From assembly GCA_044376115.1 (NCBI GenBank), contig JBILLK010000003.1, forward strand, positions 320,001-384,000: a stretch of DNA of 64,000 bases. Reading direction: 5' to 3'. Below are positions 48,415 through 58,773 of this stretch, one piece after another; position 1 is the first letter of the stretch, and every line of letters starts with the position of its first letter. Under the pieces are notes generated by a model. It was not told the DNA's origin. It was given only the letters and a program-made list of their open reading frames with translations, and did not search any database. Source of the stretch: Polyangiaceae bacterium (GTDB lineage: Bacteria; Myxococcota_A; Polyangia; Polyangiales; Polyangiaceae). The position numbers and the translations under genes were made by a program.

Positions 48415-49074
48415 ATGGCTCGCAGAGTGCTGGTCGTCGGTCTTGGTCGCTTTGGCCGCGCGTTGGCCGATACTTTGTGGAAAGCGCATGTGGAGGTGAT
48501 CGCCCTCGATAGCGATCCCGAGCTTATCGCCGAAGTGAAAGAAACCACGTCGGCGGCCTTCGTTGGAGACGTCACCGATGCGAACGTGCTCGATGAGGTG
48601 GGCGCGCGCGAAGTAGATGCGGCCGTGGTCACCTTCGGCGAGCGCTTCGAGGCCTCGGTGTTGTGCGTCTCGGCGCTGCGAGAACTCGGCGTGAAAGAGA
48701 TCGTTGCGCGCGCGGTTTCCGTGCAGAAGGCCCGCATCCTCGAGCGCGTGGGCGCGACGCGGGTGGTGCAACCCGACGCTGAAGCGGGCGAGCGGCTCGC
48801 GCTCGATCTCACCTCGCGCGTCGCCACCGATCTGCTGCAGTTCGCTGCTGAGTTCCGTGTGGTGCCGTGGCTCGTGCCGAGCTCGTGGTCGGCCCGTTCG
48901 CTCGAGGCATTGCGCAAAGAACTCGGTGAACGCGTTCACTTCCTCGGCTTCCGCCGAGCGGGCAGCAAAGCGATCGAGCTGCCGCGCGCCGATACCACCG
49001 TCTCGGGCGGAGACATGCTGCTGGTCGCCGGTACCGACGATGACGTGGCTGCGCTGGTTACTCAGGCCAGCTGA
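48415..49074 (+). CDS. trkA: TrkA/KtrA potassium uptake regulatory (RCK) protein
   Basis: VVGLGRFG Rossmann motif, follows trkH. Confidence 0.88.
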   Translation: MARRVLVVGLGRFGRALADTLWKAHVEVIALDSDPELIAEVKETTSAAFVGDVTDANVLDEVGAREVDAAVVTFGERFEASVLCVSALRELGVKEIVARAVSVQKARILERVGATRVVQPDAEAGERLALDLTSRVATDLLQFAAEFRVVPWLVPSSWSARSLEALRKELGERVHFLGFRRAGSKAIELPRADTTVSGGDMLLVAGTDDDVAALVTQAS

Positions 49075-49082
49075 AGCCGCGT

Positions 49083-49997
49083 TTACGCACCTGCGACGAA
49101 GCGCACGGCCTGCTCGATCACTTTGGGGTCGCGCAGGATGCGCCGATGTCCAAGCCCTTGCGTGCGAATGAGCGTTGCGCCGGGCCAGCTCTCGGCGATC
49201 GCCTCACCGCAAGCGAACGGCACTTCGCGATCATCTTGATCGTGTACGAGCAAGAGCGGGGTGCGCATGTTAGGTGCGACCTTCGCCACGTGTAGCGCCT
49301 CGGGCGCAACGCCAAACCTACGTGCCAGCCTCCGTTCGACGTTGGTGCGCACGCTGTCACTCAGCGACAACGCTTGCGTAAGTTGCCGGGTAAAGTCCTG
49401 CACCGCGATCGGAGGGCACAACATGACCAGCCGCTTGGCGAGCGGACCGTTGCGCAAGGCCCACGCGGTCGCTGCACCGCCCATCGAGTGGGTGATGATC
49501 GCCTCAAAGGGCCCGTAGGCTTGCACCACCGCTTCGATCGCCTGCGCAAAGTGCACCAGCGATGAAACCTCGCCAGCGGAGTTGCCGTGGCCAGGCGCAT
49601 CGAAGGTCACCACGCGAAATCCCCGCGCGAGCAGCGGCTCGACGAAGGGCGCGAGCTGCGCGCCGCGGCCCTCCCAGCCGTGCACCAAGAGTACGCGCGG
49701 ACCTTCGTGTCCCCATTCCCAAGCCGCCAGTGGCTCCGCCAAGAGCGAGTTCGGCTTCGCCGGCACCAGCAGATGACGCGCGCTTTGCAACGCCTCGAGC
49801 TCGACCGCCGGGCGTGGATACCGCTTGGGCGTAACGAAGAAGCGCTCGGCCACCGCTGCGGCGCCGCTCGCCGAGACGGCGGAGAGGACATTGAGCCCGA
49901 CCTTTAGCGCGCGCTGCGCGAACGGTTGAGGGCGAGCTTTAGTGCGAACGGTCGTGCTTTTGTTCGAGGGTGATTCGGGGATGAGCGCCATGTCCAT
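49083..49997 (-). CDS. Alpha/beta hydrolase
   Basis: LVHGWEG, FDAPGHG, THSMGG, HDQDDREVP, GLGHRRIL. Confidence 0.88.
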   Translation of the reverse strand: MDMALIPESPSNKSTTVRTKARPQPFAQRALKVGLNVLSAVSASGAAAVAERFFVTPKRYPRPAVELEALQSARHLLVPAKPNSLLAEPLAAWEWGHEGPRVLLVHGWEGRGAQLAPFVEPLLARGFRVVTFDAPGHGNSAGEVSSLVHFAQAIEAVVQAYGPFEAIITHSMGGAATAWALRNGPLAKRLVMLCPPIAVQDFTRQLTQALSLSDSVRTNVERRLARRFGVAPEALHVAKVAPNMRTPLLLVHDQDDREVPFACGEAIAESWPGATLIRTQGLGHRRILRDPKVIEQAVRFVAGA

Positions 49998-50030
49998 GTT
50001 TCAACTCCTGGGGCAGAGGGAAGCGCGCGG

Positions 50031-50642
50031 TCAGGCGCGAACGCTGTCGAAGATGCGGTCAACGGCGATCGCCAGCCGCTTCTCGGTGGCTGGGTCTTTG
50101 AGCAGCCGTGCGATCAGATGCGTGCCGTAGGCGAGGGTGAGCAGTTCATGCGCGAGCTGCTTCGGGTCCACGCTCTTTTGGAAATGGCCCTCATCCACGC
50201 CGATGCGGATGGCGGTGGCCAAGGTATCCAGCCAATCTTTCTGCGAGGCGGCCAAGCGATCACGTACGGGACCGGGCTTGTCATCCAGCTCGGCGATGGA
50301 TGCGACAAACACGCAGCCACCCGGCATAAAGTCGGCTTTGGCCCAGGTTAGCCAGCGCTTGAGCAGCGCGCGCACGCGGGGTTCACCGCGCCGCTCCTTT
50401 AGGGCCGGCACCACCACGTGCGCGACGAAGCGTGAAACCGCCTCATCCAAGATCGAGATCTGGAGCGCCTCTTTGCTCGCGAAGTGCGCAAAGAGGCCGC
50501 TCTTGCTCATGCTCGCCCGCTCAGCCAACGTGCCGATGGTTACGCCCTCGAGCCCAACCTCGCTGGCCAGCGCGAGCGCGTGAGACAGCACGACGCCGCG
50601 CGTACTCTCACCCTTGGGACTGGTTTTGACGGCCGCGTTCAT
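50031..50642 (-). CDS. TetR/AcrR family transcriptional regulator
   Basis: HTH GLEGVTIGTLAERASMSKSGLFAHFASKEAL; GCVF motif. Confidence 0.92.
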   Translation of the reverse strand: MNAAVKTSPKGESTRGVVLSHALALASEVGLEGVTIGTLAERASMSKSGLFAHFASKEALQISILDEAVSRFVAHVVVPALKERRGEPRVRALLKRWLTWAKADFMPGGCVFVASIAELDDKPGPVRDRLAASQKDWLDTLATAIRIGVDEGHFQKSVDPKQLAHELLTLAYGTHLIARLLKDPATEKRLAIAVDRIFDSVRA

Positions 50643-50651
50643 GGCTCACTG

Positions 50652-50679
50652 AGAATAGTACGGTCGGTCTATTTTGCAA
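50652..50679 (-). promoter_or_regulatory. Putative tetR promoter with overlapping palindromic operator
   Basis: Minus strand TTGCAA-N16-TATTCT enclosing AATAGACCGACCGTACTATT imperfect palindrome (50654-50673). Confidence 0.6.
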
Positions 50680-50742
50680 GCTGGCTCGTGGGCCCCCGTG
50701 TTCTTTGCGTTGGTTCGTTGGGGCCGCCCTACACTAAGCCTC

Positions 50743-51501
50743 GTGAATTGCCCGAACTGCCGTAGCGCCCTCGAGGAATGCAACGTCGCCGGCGTGGCCT
50801 TCCAACACTGTCGGGCGTGTGAGGGAACGCTGGTGGCGCGCAGTGCAGTGCGGGCGCTGCGTTCGGTCGATGCAGGGCTGCACCCTGCGCTGCATGAACC
50901 GCAGACGGCTCCGACCGGCAATGAGCCGAAGATTCACGATTGCCCCAAGTGCGGGAAGCCGATGCTCAGCTACATGTTCGGCGGTGGGCACACGCGCGCT
51001 GAGTCGTGCGACGCCTGCGCGCTGGTCTTCTTCGAGCGCGGCGAGTTGGCGGCCGTGCTCGAGGAAGCGCGCTCGGGCATCAAGCTCGACGAGACCACGC
51101 GCACGCGCTTGCACGGCCATCAGGTGCTGTGGACCTGGGACCGCTTTGCACGCGCCGATACCGCCGTGATCGTCGCAGCGCTGATCGGCTTGGCGGGCTT
51201 CGTCCAAATGACTCGCCGCGGCCGAACCGATATCTTCCTGGCCGCCGCGATCAGCCTGCTGCTCTACGCCGTTTACCGCTGGCGAGCCGAGCGAGCGCGC
51301 ACGGCCGCGGCCGAACAGCTCAACCGCTTGGTCGCGTCGGAAGCAGCGAGCTCTGCTGCCGCAAAAGCCCCAGCGGGGCCGTGGGCGCCTTCGGCTGGCC
51401 CGGTTGCGCCCAAGGCGAAGCCGCGCCTGTGTGCCTTCTGCCGAGCCGCTTTGCCCCCGAACTCGAGTCATTGCGGCGTGTGCGACAGCGACTTTGGTTG
51501 A
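50743..51501 (+). CDS. zf-TFIIB-type zinc-ribbon membrane protein
   Basis: Three CxxC...CxxC pairs; two hydrophobic segments. Confidence 0.7.
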   Translation: MNCPNCRSALEECNVAGVAFQHCRACEGTLVARSAVRALRSVDAGLHPALHEPQTAPTGNEPKIHDCPKCGKPMLSYMFGGGHTRAESCDACALVFFERGELAAVLEEARSGIKLDETTRTRLHGHQVLWTWDRFARADTAVIVAALIGLAGFVQMTRRGRTDIFLAAAISLLLYAVYRWRAERARTAAAEQLNRLVASEAASSAAAKAPAGPWAPSAGPVAPKAKPRLCAFCRAALPPNSSHCGVCDSDFG

Positions 51502-51600
51502 GATGCTCACGACAACGCGCAAAGGCAAAACGCCACCGGCTTTGGGGCGGTGGCGTCTCGTCAACTCGCAGCCGGCGCGTTGCCGGCAAAAGCGTGAGCT

Positions 51601-52191
51601 TTACGGCCCACCCTTGCGCAGCTCGGTAAGCACGAGCTTGGCCACCTGCTTCAAGGTCTCGAACACGCCTTGTCCCGAACGGGCACACGCCCCGAAGTCC
51701 GGTACGTTCGTCGGGTTGAGCAGCTCGCGCAGCTCCTCCTCGGTGGCGATGTCGGGCATATCGCGCTTGTTGTACTGCATGACGAAGGGAATCTTGTCGA
51801 GCGAGTAGCCTTGCTCGGCGAGGTTCGTTCGAAGATTCTCGAGCGACTCTTGATTCGCCTCCATGCGCGCGATCTGACTATCAGCAACGAAGACGACACC
51901 GTCCACGCCCTTCAAGATCAGCTTGCGGCTAGCGTCGTAGAAGACCTGTCCGGGAACCGTATAGAGGTAAAAGCGCGTTTTGAAACCGCGGATCTCTCCA
52001 AGGGCGAGCGGCAGGAAGTCGAAGAACAACGTTCGGTCGGTTTCCGTAGCCAGGCTGATCATCTTGCCTTTGGCGTCCGGATTAGTGCGCTCGTAGATGT
52101 ACTGAAGGTTCGTCGTTTTCCCGCACAGACCGGGACCGTAATAGACGATCTTGCAGTTGATCTCGCGCGCCATCAAATTGATGAAGCTCAT
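51601..52191 (-). CDS. mglA: Gliding-motility small GTPase MglA
   Basis: MSFIN...[38 protein letters not shown]. Confidence 0.97.
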   Translation of the reverse strand: MSFINLMAREINCKIVYYGPGLCGKTTNLQYIYERTNPDAKGKMISLATETDRTLFFDFLPLALGEIRGFKTRFYLYTVPGQVFYDASRKLILKGVDGVVFVADSQIARMEANQESLENLRTNLAEQGYSLDKIPFVMQYNKRDMPDIATEEELRELLNPTNVPDFGACARSGQGVFETLKQVAKLVLTELRKGGP

Positions 52192-52202
52192 GCGCGCGCT
52201 CC

Positions 52203-52685
52203 TCAGTCGTTAAACAGGTTGTCGATATCCTCGTCGGTGATTTCCGCGAACGGAGAGTCACCACCCGGTTCCTGCACCTTCTTGAGGAGCAGCTCGAAGA
52301 TGTGATTCAGCTCCTCACTTGCCTTCTTCACGCGAAGCCTGACGAGACCAAGGCTCGACTTCGCATCGAAGATGACCACGAGGATGACGCGATTACCGAC
52401 CAGCGTGATGTACACGTTGGCCTTCTCACCCTCGTGAAACTGCGTGGCGAACTCATTCTCCTTGAGGAGCTTGGCCATCCCACCCGTGGCAGCAATGTTG
52501 CCTGCCGTGAGAGAAGCCAACGAAGTCGTATCCAAGTGTTCGACATCACCACTCGCAGCAATGAGCTGACCATTTTTGTCGACAATGAACACGCTCTTCG
52601 CGTTCGCGCTCTTGACGAGGTGGTCAACCACAGACTGAATCTGGTTGAACTCTTCCTCGTACATGACCATCTGAGGATTGACCAT
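52203..52685 (-). CDS. mglB: Roadblock/LC7 GTPase-activating protein MglB
   Basis: [47 protein letters not shown]. Confidence 0.96.
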   Translation of the reverse strand: MVNPQMVMYEEEFNQIQSVVDHLVKSANAKSVFIVDKNGQLIAASGDVEHLDTTSLASLTAGNIAATGGMAKLLKENEFATQFHEGEKANVYITLVGNRVILVVIFDAKSSLGLVRLRVKKASEELNHIFELLLKKVQEPGGDSPFAEITDEDIDNLFND

Positions 52686-52822
52686 CCATCCCTCCGGCGC
52701 GCATCGAAGCGCGCAACACAAGCAATCAGAAAACTGGCTTTCGTTCTATCCGATGAAAGGCCAGTGCGGCAAGCGCCGTCCGGTGTTGACCCGAAGTCCC
52801 TGCCAAGCAACAAGATCGGCCC

Positions 52823-55800
52823 ATGGACCGAAGGCCGCAAATCAGGAAAGGGCTGGGGTGGGCATTCGCCTCCCTTGTGGTTGGCGGAGGGCTCTACTTT
52901 GTCCCAGAAACCGCGGTTTTAGCCCAGGTACCCCAGGCTCAGACGAGTTCCGAGCTGGCAGAAGTGGCCCGCCTACGGGATGCGGCGGCCGCCTCCCCGG
53001 TGCCCCACGCTGATTTAAAGCGTTTGTTTGGTCTTTGGGATCAGGCGGACCCGGATCAGGTGGAGACGGCTTTGCTTCAAGCGGAGAAGTCGGTCTCGGT
53101 GCAAAGCGGGGCCAAAGCCTATGCCAGCATCCTGCTGGCGGAGGCGCGCGTTCGGCGCGGCGACCGCTCCGCGGCGGCCGCTCGGGTCGCCAAACTCGGA
53201 TTCGTCGATGAATGGCTGTTCGTCGGGCCCTTCGATGATGAGGGCCGGGTCGGCATCGGCACCAACTTTCAACCGGAGAGCGAGCTTTCTGCGCCGATCG
53301 TGTTCGGCCGATCCTTCGATGGCAAAGAGCGTCCGGTTCGCTGGCGAGCGGGCCCTACCGACGGTGGAGCGGTGTTCGACTTCGGCGCTTTCGTGCGGCC
53401 GCGTGAGGAAGCCTGCGGGTTTGCGACCTCGTTTCTCCGGCTCGATCAGGAAAAAGGCGAAAAGAACCTGAGCGTTTGGGTCGGTTGGGAAGGGGCCTTC
53501 AAGTTGTGGTGGAACGGCGAGCAAGTGCTCGAGGACCAGGCGCATCGTGAGTTCGATTTCGACCGCATGGCGACCAACGTGACCGCCGTCAGCGGCTGGA
53601 ATCGCATCACGATGAAAGTGTGCGCCAGCTCGTCACCGCGCTTCTCGGTGCGCATCGCCGATGAACGCGGCAACCCGCTCCGCTTCGAATCCAAGAATGA
53701 TCCGTTGCTTAGCGAGACCAAGATCGAGAAGGCGAAGGCCAAGCCGAAGGCCGTGGTCCGCGGACCGCTGCAGGTCTTCGAGGGCTTGACCAAGGTCGAC
53801 AAACCCAAGGCCAAGGATCTCGAGGCCTTCTCGCGTTATCTCTCCGCTACGGCTGGTAACCCTGTGTCGGAGCATCGCTCGCGCGATCTCGCGACCAAGG
53901 CGGCCGAGCTCGAGCCGACCTGGGAACGCAACCTGCTCGCGGCCGAGCTCGCCGAGGATCGCAACCAAGCTGCTCGCTTCGTCGACAAGGCCGAGGCGCT
54001 GGCGAAAGGGGACTTGCGTGGGGAGGTTCAAGTGCTGCTGCTCAAGGCGGCCCTCGCGCGCAGCTCGGTCAATTTCCGCGACGCGACGCCGTTCTACGAA
54101 GCGGTGCTGCGGCTTGATCCGACCAACCTCGTCGCCACGCTCGGTCGCGTTGAGCTGTTCATGCAAGCGGGTTTGCCGCGCACCGCCCTCGGCATCATCG
54201 AGAAGGCGGTGGAGCGCTCTCCTCGCCGCATCTCGTTCTTGCGCGTGCTTGCTGGCCAACTGCGCGCCGTTGGTCGTGACACCGAGGCTGACGCCGTGGA
54301 CGCTCGCTGGTTTGCGCTGCGCTCGGAAGATGCGTCTTTTCTCTCGCGGCAGGTTGAAAAGGCGGTGCTGCGCGAGGACAACGTCGCTGCTGAACGTTGG
54401 ATCGAAAGGCTGCTGCAGGCGGAGCCGGATCTGGCGTTTGGGCGCATCCGAGCTGCGCGCGCCTACCGCTCGATGGGGATGAAGTTCAAAGCCAAAGCAG
54501 CGCTCGAGGCGATCTTGGAGTCGGCGCCCGAAGAGACGAGCGCGCTACGCATGCTCGCCGATATCGCTGGAGAAGAAGGCGAGCGGCCGGTGCAGCTGCG
54601 CTACTTGCAGCGCATCTTGGCCAATAACCCGCAGGACAAGGCCACCCGCGAGTACGTGGAGATGCTCGCTCCGCAAAAGCCGCGCGCCGACGAGGCCTTC
54701 GCTTGGGACGCGGCGACCATCGCTGAGAAGGCCAAGCTGCCGTTCGGAAAGGGTGGGCGCTTGCGTCATTTGCGCCGGCTCACCGTGGCCACGGTGTTCG
54801 AAAATGGGCTGTCCAATCGCTTTCACCAGGTGGTGTTCCAGCCGCTGACCGATGAAGCGGCGGCGGAGGCTCGGCAGTTCTTCACCTCGTATGAAGGAGC
54901 CCGGCAGGCGATCGATCTGCGTTTGGCGCGCGTGTATCGCGCCGATGGCAGCGTAGCCGAGTCGATCGAGAGCGGCGAGGGCGCTGCGAACAACCCCGCG
55001 ACCGCGATGTACACCTCGGTGCGTACCTTCTTCGTCTCCTTTCCACGGCTATCGCCGGGGGACATCGTGGAGGTTCGGTATCGCATCGACGACGTGACGG
55101 TGAAGAACGATCTCAAAGACTCCTTCTACGACACCGAGTTCGTGCAAGAGCGAGACCCCGTGCTCGAGAGCGAGTTCGTGTTGGTTTCGCCCAAGTCCAA
55201 GGCCTTGACGACGTTCGTCGCCAACGTCCCGCAGATGAAGGTCGAGAGCAGCGAAGCGGGCGAGCAACGGACGCAGAGCTTCAAGGTGACCGAACTCGCA
55301 GGCTTGACGCCCGAGCCCGCTCAGCCGCCGGCCTCGGAGATCATCGGTCAGGTTCACGTCTCCTCGTTCAAGTCGTGGGAGGAGGTCGGCAGCTTCTATT
55401 GGAACCTCGCGAAGGACCAATTCGATATCGATGAAGAAGTGCGTAAGCGCACTGCCGAGATCGCCAAGACGCACAAGGATGAGCTGTCGCGGGTGAAGGC
55501 CGTCTATCGCTACGCGACCGAGCTCCGTTATGTGGCGCTCGAGTTCGGTATCGAGGGCATCAAGCCGCGTCGCTGTGCGCTGACCATCGCGCGCGGTTGG
55601 GGCGATTGCAAAGACAAGGCGACCGTGATCGTGACCATGTTGCGCGAGCTCGGGATTCCCTCCACGTTGGTCTTGGTGCGCACCGGAATGCGGGGGGATT
55701 TGCCGATGGGCGCGCCTCCCAGCCTGGCCGTCTTCGACCATGCGATCGCCTATGTTCCGTCCTTGGATCTGTACCTGGACGGTACCGCCGAAGGCAGCGG

Positions 55801-56533
55801 CTCGAGCGAGTTCCCAGCGATGGATCGCGGCTCGGTGGCGCTGCAGATCAACGAAGGCAAGGCCAAGCTCGTGCGTCTGCCGAACGCAGGTCCCGAGGCG
55901 TCACCGCATGAGCGTAAGTTCGATATTTCGCTGGCGTCCGATGGCTCGGCGACCTTCGTTGCCGAGTCGACGGTGGCTGGAGTGAACGCGCCTTCTTGGC
56001 GTGCGCGTTATGCACCGGCCGGCACGCGTAAAGACCGTGCAGCTCAAGACTTCTCCGGCTTCCTGGGGCCGATCGATCTGACGAAGGACGCGAGCGTCAC
56101 GGTGAAAGACGTTACTGACGTCGAGAAGCCGTTCAACGTGATGGTGCGTGGAAAGGCCTCGGCCATCGCACGCCGCGAGGGCGAGCTGCTCAGCACCGTG
56201 GTCGCGAGCTCGCTCGAGTTCGGTCGTGGGCTGGTAGCGCCCTCGAGCCGCCAAACCGAACTCGTGGTGGGCGCGCTGTCGCAGTCGATCGAGAAACGCA
56301 CGTTCAAACTGCCCGCCGGCGCCAAGGTCGAGCGACTGCCGCAAGCCACCAAGGTGGACTCGGCCTTCGGTTCGGTCTCGGTGGAGGTCAGCTCGGAGGG
56401 GGGGAAGGTAACGGTCACGAGCAAGCTGTCGCTGACCAAATCTCGGATCAAACCGGCTGAGTACGCCGCCTTCCGGGACTTCTGCTTGAAGGCCGACGAG
56501 GCCCTCTCGCAGCGCTTGGTTTACCGCCCGTGA
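52823..56533 (+). CDS. Large TPR / DUF3857 / transglutaminase-like domain protein
   Basis: TPR-like helices; LRYVALEFG...GDCKDKAT...FDHAI...YLDGT Cys-His-Asp triad. Confidence 0.85.
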   Translation: MDRRPQIRKGLGWAFASLVVGGGLYFVPETAVLAQVPQAQTSSELAEVARLRDAAAASPVPHADLKRLFGLWDQADPDQVETALLQAEKSVSVQSGAKAYASILLAEARVRRGDRSAAAARVAKLGFVDEWLFVGPFDDEGRVGIGTNFQPESELSAPIVFGRSFDGKERPVRWRAGPTDGGAVFDFGAFVRPREEACGFATSFLRLDQEKGEKNLSVWVGWEGAFKLWWNGEQVLEDQAHREFDFDRMATNVTAVSGWNRITMKVCASSSPRFSVRIADERGNPLRFESKNDPLLSETKIEKAKAKPKAVVRGPLQVFEGLTKVDKPKAKDLEAFSRYLSATAGNPVSEHRSRDLATKAAELEPTWERNLLAAELAEDRNQAARFVDKAEALAKGDLRGEVQVLLLKAALARSSVNFRDATPFYEAVLRLDPTNLVATLGRVELFMQAGLPRTALGIIEKAVERSPRRISFLRVLAGQLRAVGRDTEADAVDARWFALRSEDASFLSRQVEKAVLREDNVAAERWIERLLQAEPDLAFGRIRAARAYRSMGMKFKAKAALEAILESAPEETSALRMLADIAGEEGERPVQLRYLQRILANNPQDKATREYVEMLAPQKPRADEAFAWDAATIAEKAKLPFGKGGRLRHLRRLTVATVFENGLSNRFHQVVFQPLTDEAAAEARQFFTSYEGARQAIDLRLARVYRADGSVAESIESGEGAANNPATAMYTSVRTFFVSFPRLSPGDIVEVRYRIDDVTVKNDLKDSFYDTEFVQERDPVLESEFVLVSPKSKALTTFVANVPQMKVESSEAGEQRTQSFKVTELAGLTPEPAQPPASEIIGQVHVSSFKSWEEVGSFYWNLAKDQFDIDEEVRKRTAEIAKTHKDELSRVKAVYRYATELRYVALEFGIEGIKPRRCALTIARGWGDCKDKATVIVTMLRELGIPSTLVLVRTGMRGDLPMGAPPSLAVFDHAIAYVPSLDLYLDGTAEGSGSSEFPAMDRGSVALQINEGKAKLVRLPNAGPEASPHERKFDISLASDGSATFVAESTVAGVNAPSWRARYAPAGTRKDRAAQDFSGFLGPIDLTKDASVTVKDVTDVEKPFNVMVRGKASAIARREGELLSTVVASSLEFGRGLVAPSSRQTELVVGALSQSIEKRTFKLPAGAKVERLPQATKVDSAFGSVSVEVSSEGGKVTVTSKLSLTKSRIKPAEYAAFRDFCLKADEALSQRLVYRP

Positions 56534-56600
56534 GTGCGCCCCTAGCGTAGCTCCTGGGAGCAGTCTTTACAGTGGGAACTCCCTCGGCTAGCCCTTCCGC

Positions 56601-57260
56601 ATGCAACAGCCTCCCGGCGGCTACGGCCCCCCTCCCGGTCCCGGTTATGGTCCTCCCCCCGGCGCTCCCGGTGGATATGGTCCTCCTCCCGGCGCCCCTC
56701 CCGGCGGTGGTTACGGTGCTCCTCCCGGCGGACCGCCTGGTTACGGCCCTCCGCCGGGCCCTCCGGGGTACGGTCCTCCCGGTTATGGACCTCCGCCCGG
56801 TTACGGTGGGCCGCCCCCGAAGAAGGGCCTCTCTGTGTGGGCCTATCTCGGCATCGGTGCACTTGTCCTGTTCGGTGGTTGCGTCGCGGTTTGCGCCGTT
56901 GGCGTGAATCAGGCCGGCAAAGAGGCCAAAAAGGAGAAGGAAGCGTTTGACGACGCCAAGTCGATGAAGGTCACGGCCGATGAACTCACCGAGGCCTACG
57001 AGAAGAACGAGGTCTCGGCGGACGAGAAGTACAAGGGCAAGAAGATCGAAATCACGGGCGTGATCGAACGCATCGATTCGGGCTTCAACGATGAGCCGCA
57101 GATCGTACTCAAGGCCAAGAACTTCATTGGCGTGCGCTGTGAAGGGCTTTCCAAAAAAGACGCAGGCAAGCTGGAGAAGGGTTCGGAGATAACCCTGGTC
57201 TGTAAAGGTGACGGCGAGATCATTGGGTCGCCGCAACTGAAGGACTGCAAGCAGAAGTAG
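56601..57260 (+). CDS. OB-fold (tRNA_anti-like) membrane/lipoprotein with Pro/Gly-rich N-terminus
   Basis: YGPPPG repeats, TM segment, AYEKNEVSADEKYKGKKIEITG motif. Confidence 0.75.
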   Translation: MQQPPGGYGPPPGPGYGPPPGAPGGYGPPPGAPPGGGYGAPPGGPPGYGPPPGPPGYGPPGYGPPPGYGGPPPKKGLSVWAYLGIGALVLFGGCVAVCAVGVNQAGKEAKKEKEAFDDAKSMKVTADELTEAYEKNEVSADEKYKGKKIEITGVIERIDSGFNDEPQIVLKAKNFIGVRCEGLSKKDAGKLEKGSEITLVCKGDGEIIGSPQLKDCKQK

Positions 57261-57313
57261 CTCGGCCGATCACCGCAGCCTATTGACCGGATTCTCGTGC
57301 TATCGACGATCGG

Positions 57314-58759
57314 GTGAGCGAACACTTCGACGTGATCATCGTGGGCGCTGGTCTCTCCGGCATCGGCGCTGCCTACCACCTGCAGCAGAAGTGCCCGCAG
57401 CGGTCCTTTGCAATTCTTGAGGGCCGCGCGGAGAGCGGTGGCACTTGGGATCTGTTCCGGTATCCCGGCATCCGCTCCGACTCCGACATGTTCACGTTGG
57501 GGTACGCCTTCAAGCCGTGGAAGGAGCAAAAGGCGATCGCCGATGGCCCTTCGATTTTGCGCTACATCCGCGAGACGGCTCGCGAGAACGGCATTGAATC
57601 GAAGATCCGCTATCGGCATCGAGCGATCAGCGCCTCCTGGTCGAGCGCCGAGGCAAAGTGGACGCTCACCATCGAGCGCGGAGAGGCCAAGGAGCTCGTC
57701 ACGCTGACGTGCAACTTCCTGTTCTCGTGTACCGGCTACTACAACTACGACGAGGGCTATTCGCCTGAGTTTCCCGGCCGAGAGCGCTTCCAGGGCACCG
57801 TGGTGCATCCGCAACATTGGCCCCAAGATCTCGATTACGCCGGCAAGCGAGTGATCGTGATCGGCAGCGGAGCAACGGCGGTGACGCTGGTTCCGGAGAT
57901 GGCGAAGCAGGCCGCCCACGTGACCATGTTGCAGCGGTCTCCGACGTACATCCTCTCGCGGCCAGGTGAAGACGCGATCGCCAACTGGCTGCGTGAGCGG
58001 CTCCCCGCGCAAACGGCGTATGACGTCACGCGTTGGAAGAACGTGCTCGGCTCGATGGTGCTGTATCAACTATCGCGCAAACGGCCCGAGAAAATGAAGG
58101 CGTGGCTGACCGGCCTCGTGAAGAAGGAGCTGCCCGACGCCGACATCGGCAAGGACTTCACGCCCAGCTACAACCCTTGGGATCAGCGCCTTTGCCTCGT
58201 TCCCGACAGTGATTTGTTTGCGTCCATCCGTGAGCAGCGGGCTTCGGTGGTCACGGGCCGCATCAAGACCTTTACCGAACAAGGGATCGAGCTCGAGTCA
58301 GGGGAGCAGCTCGAGGCGGATGTCATCGTCACGGCGACCGGGCTCAAGCTGTTGTTTCTCGGCAACATGAAGCTGACCGTGGACGGGCAGGCGGTCGAGG
58401 CTTCGAAGACGATGAACTACAAGGGGACGATGTTCAGCGACGTGCCCAACCTCGCTTGCACCTTCGGCTACACCAACGCCTCGTGGACGCTCAAAGCCGA
58501 TCTGACGGCGGACTTCATCTGCCGCGTCCTCAACCACATGAGCAAGACCGGCACGCGCTCGTGCACCCCGCGTCGGCTCGACCCTGAGCTGCATGAAGAG
58601 CCGTTCGTGGATTTCAGCTCCGGCTACGTGCAGCGTGCCGCGGCCGAGCTGCCCAAGCAGGGCTCGAAGCGGCCGTGGAAGCTGTACCAAAACTACGCGC
58701 TCGATATCCTGACGCTGCGGTTTGGCAAGGTCGCCGACGACGTGCTCGAGTTCCGCTGA
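57314..58759 (+). CDS. Flavin-containing (Baeyer-Villiger, EthA-like) monooxygenase
   Basis: VGAGLSG, GGTWDLFRYPGIRSDSD, FQGTVVHPQHW, IGSGATA, PWDQRLC. Confidence 0.92.
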   Translation: MSEHFDVIIVGAGLSGIGAAYHLQQKCPQRSFAILEGRAESGGTWDLFRYPGIRSDSDMFTLGYAFKPWKEQKAIADGPSILRYIRETARENGIESKIRYRHRAISASWSSAEAKWTLTIERGEAKELVTLTCNFLFSCTGYYNYDEGYSPEFPGRERFQGTVVHPQHWPQDLDYAGKRVIVIGSGATAVTLVPEMAKQAAHVTMLQRSPTYILSRPGEDAIANWLRERLPAQTAYDVTRWKNVLGSMVLYQLSRKRPEKMKAWLTGLVKKELPDADIGKDFTPSYNPWDQRLCLVPDSDLFASIREQRASVVTGRIKTFTEQGIELESGEQLEADVIVTATGLKLLFLGNMKLTVDGQAVEASKTMNYKGTMFSDVPNLACTFGYTNASWTLKADLTADFICRVLNHMSKTGTRSCTPRRLDPELHEEPFVDFSSGYVQRAAAELPKQGSKRPWKLYQNYALDILTLRFGKVADDVLEFR

Positions 58760-58773
58760 GCGCTGGCGACGCG

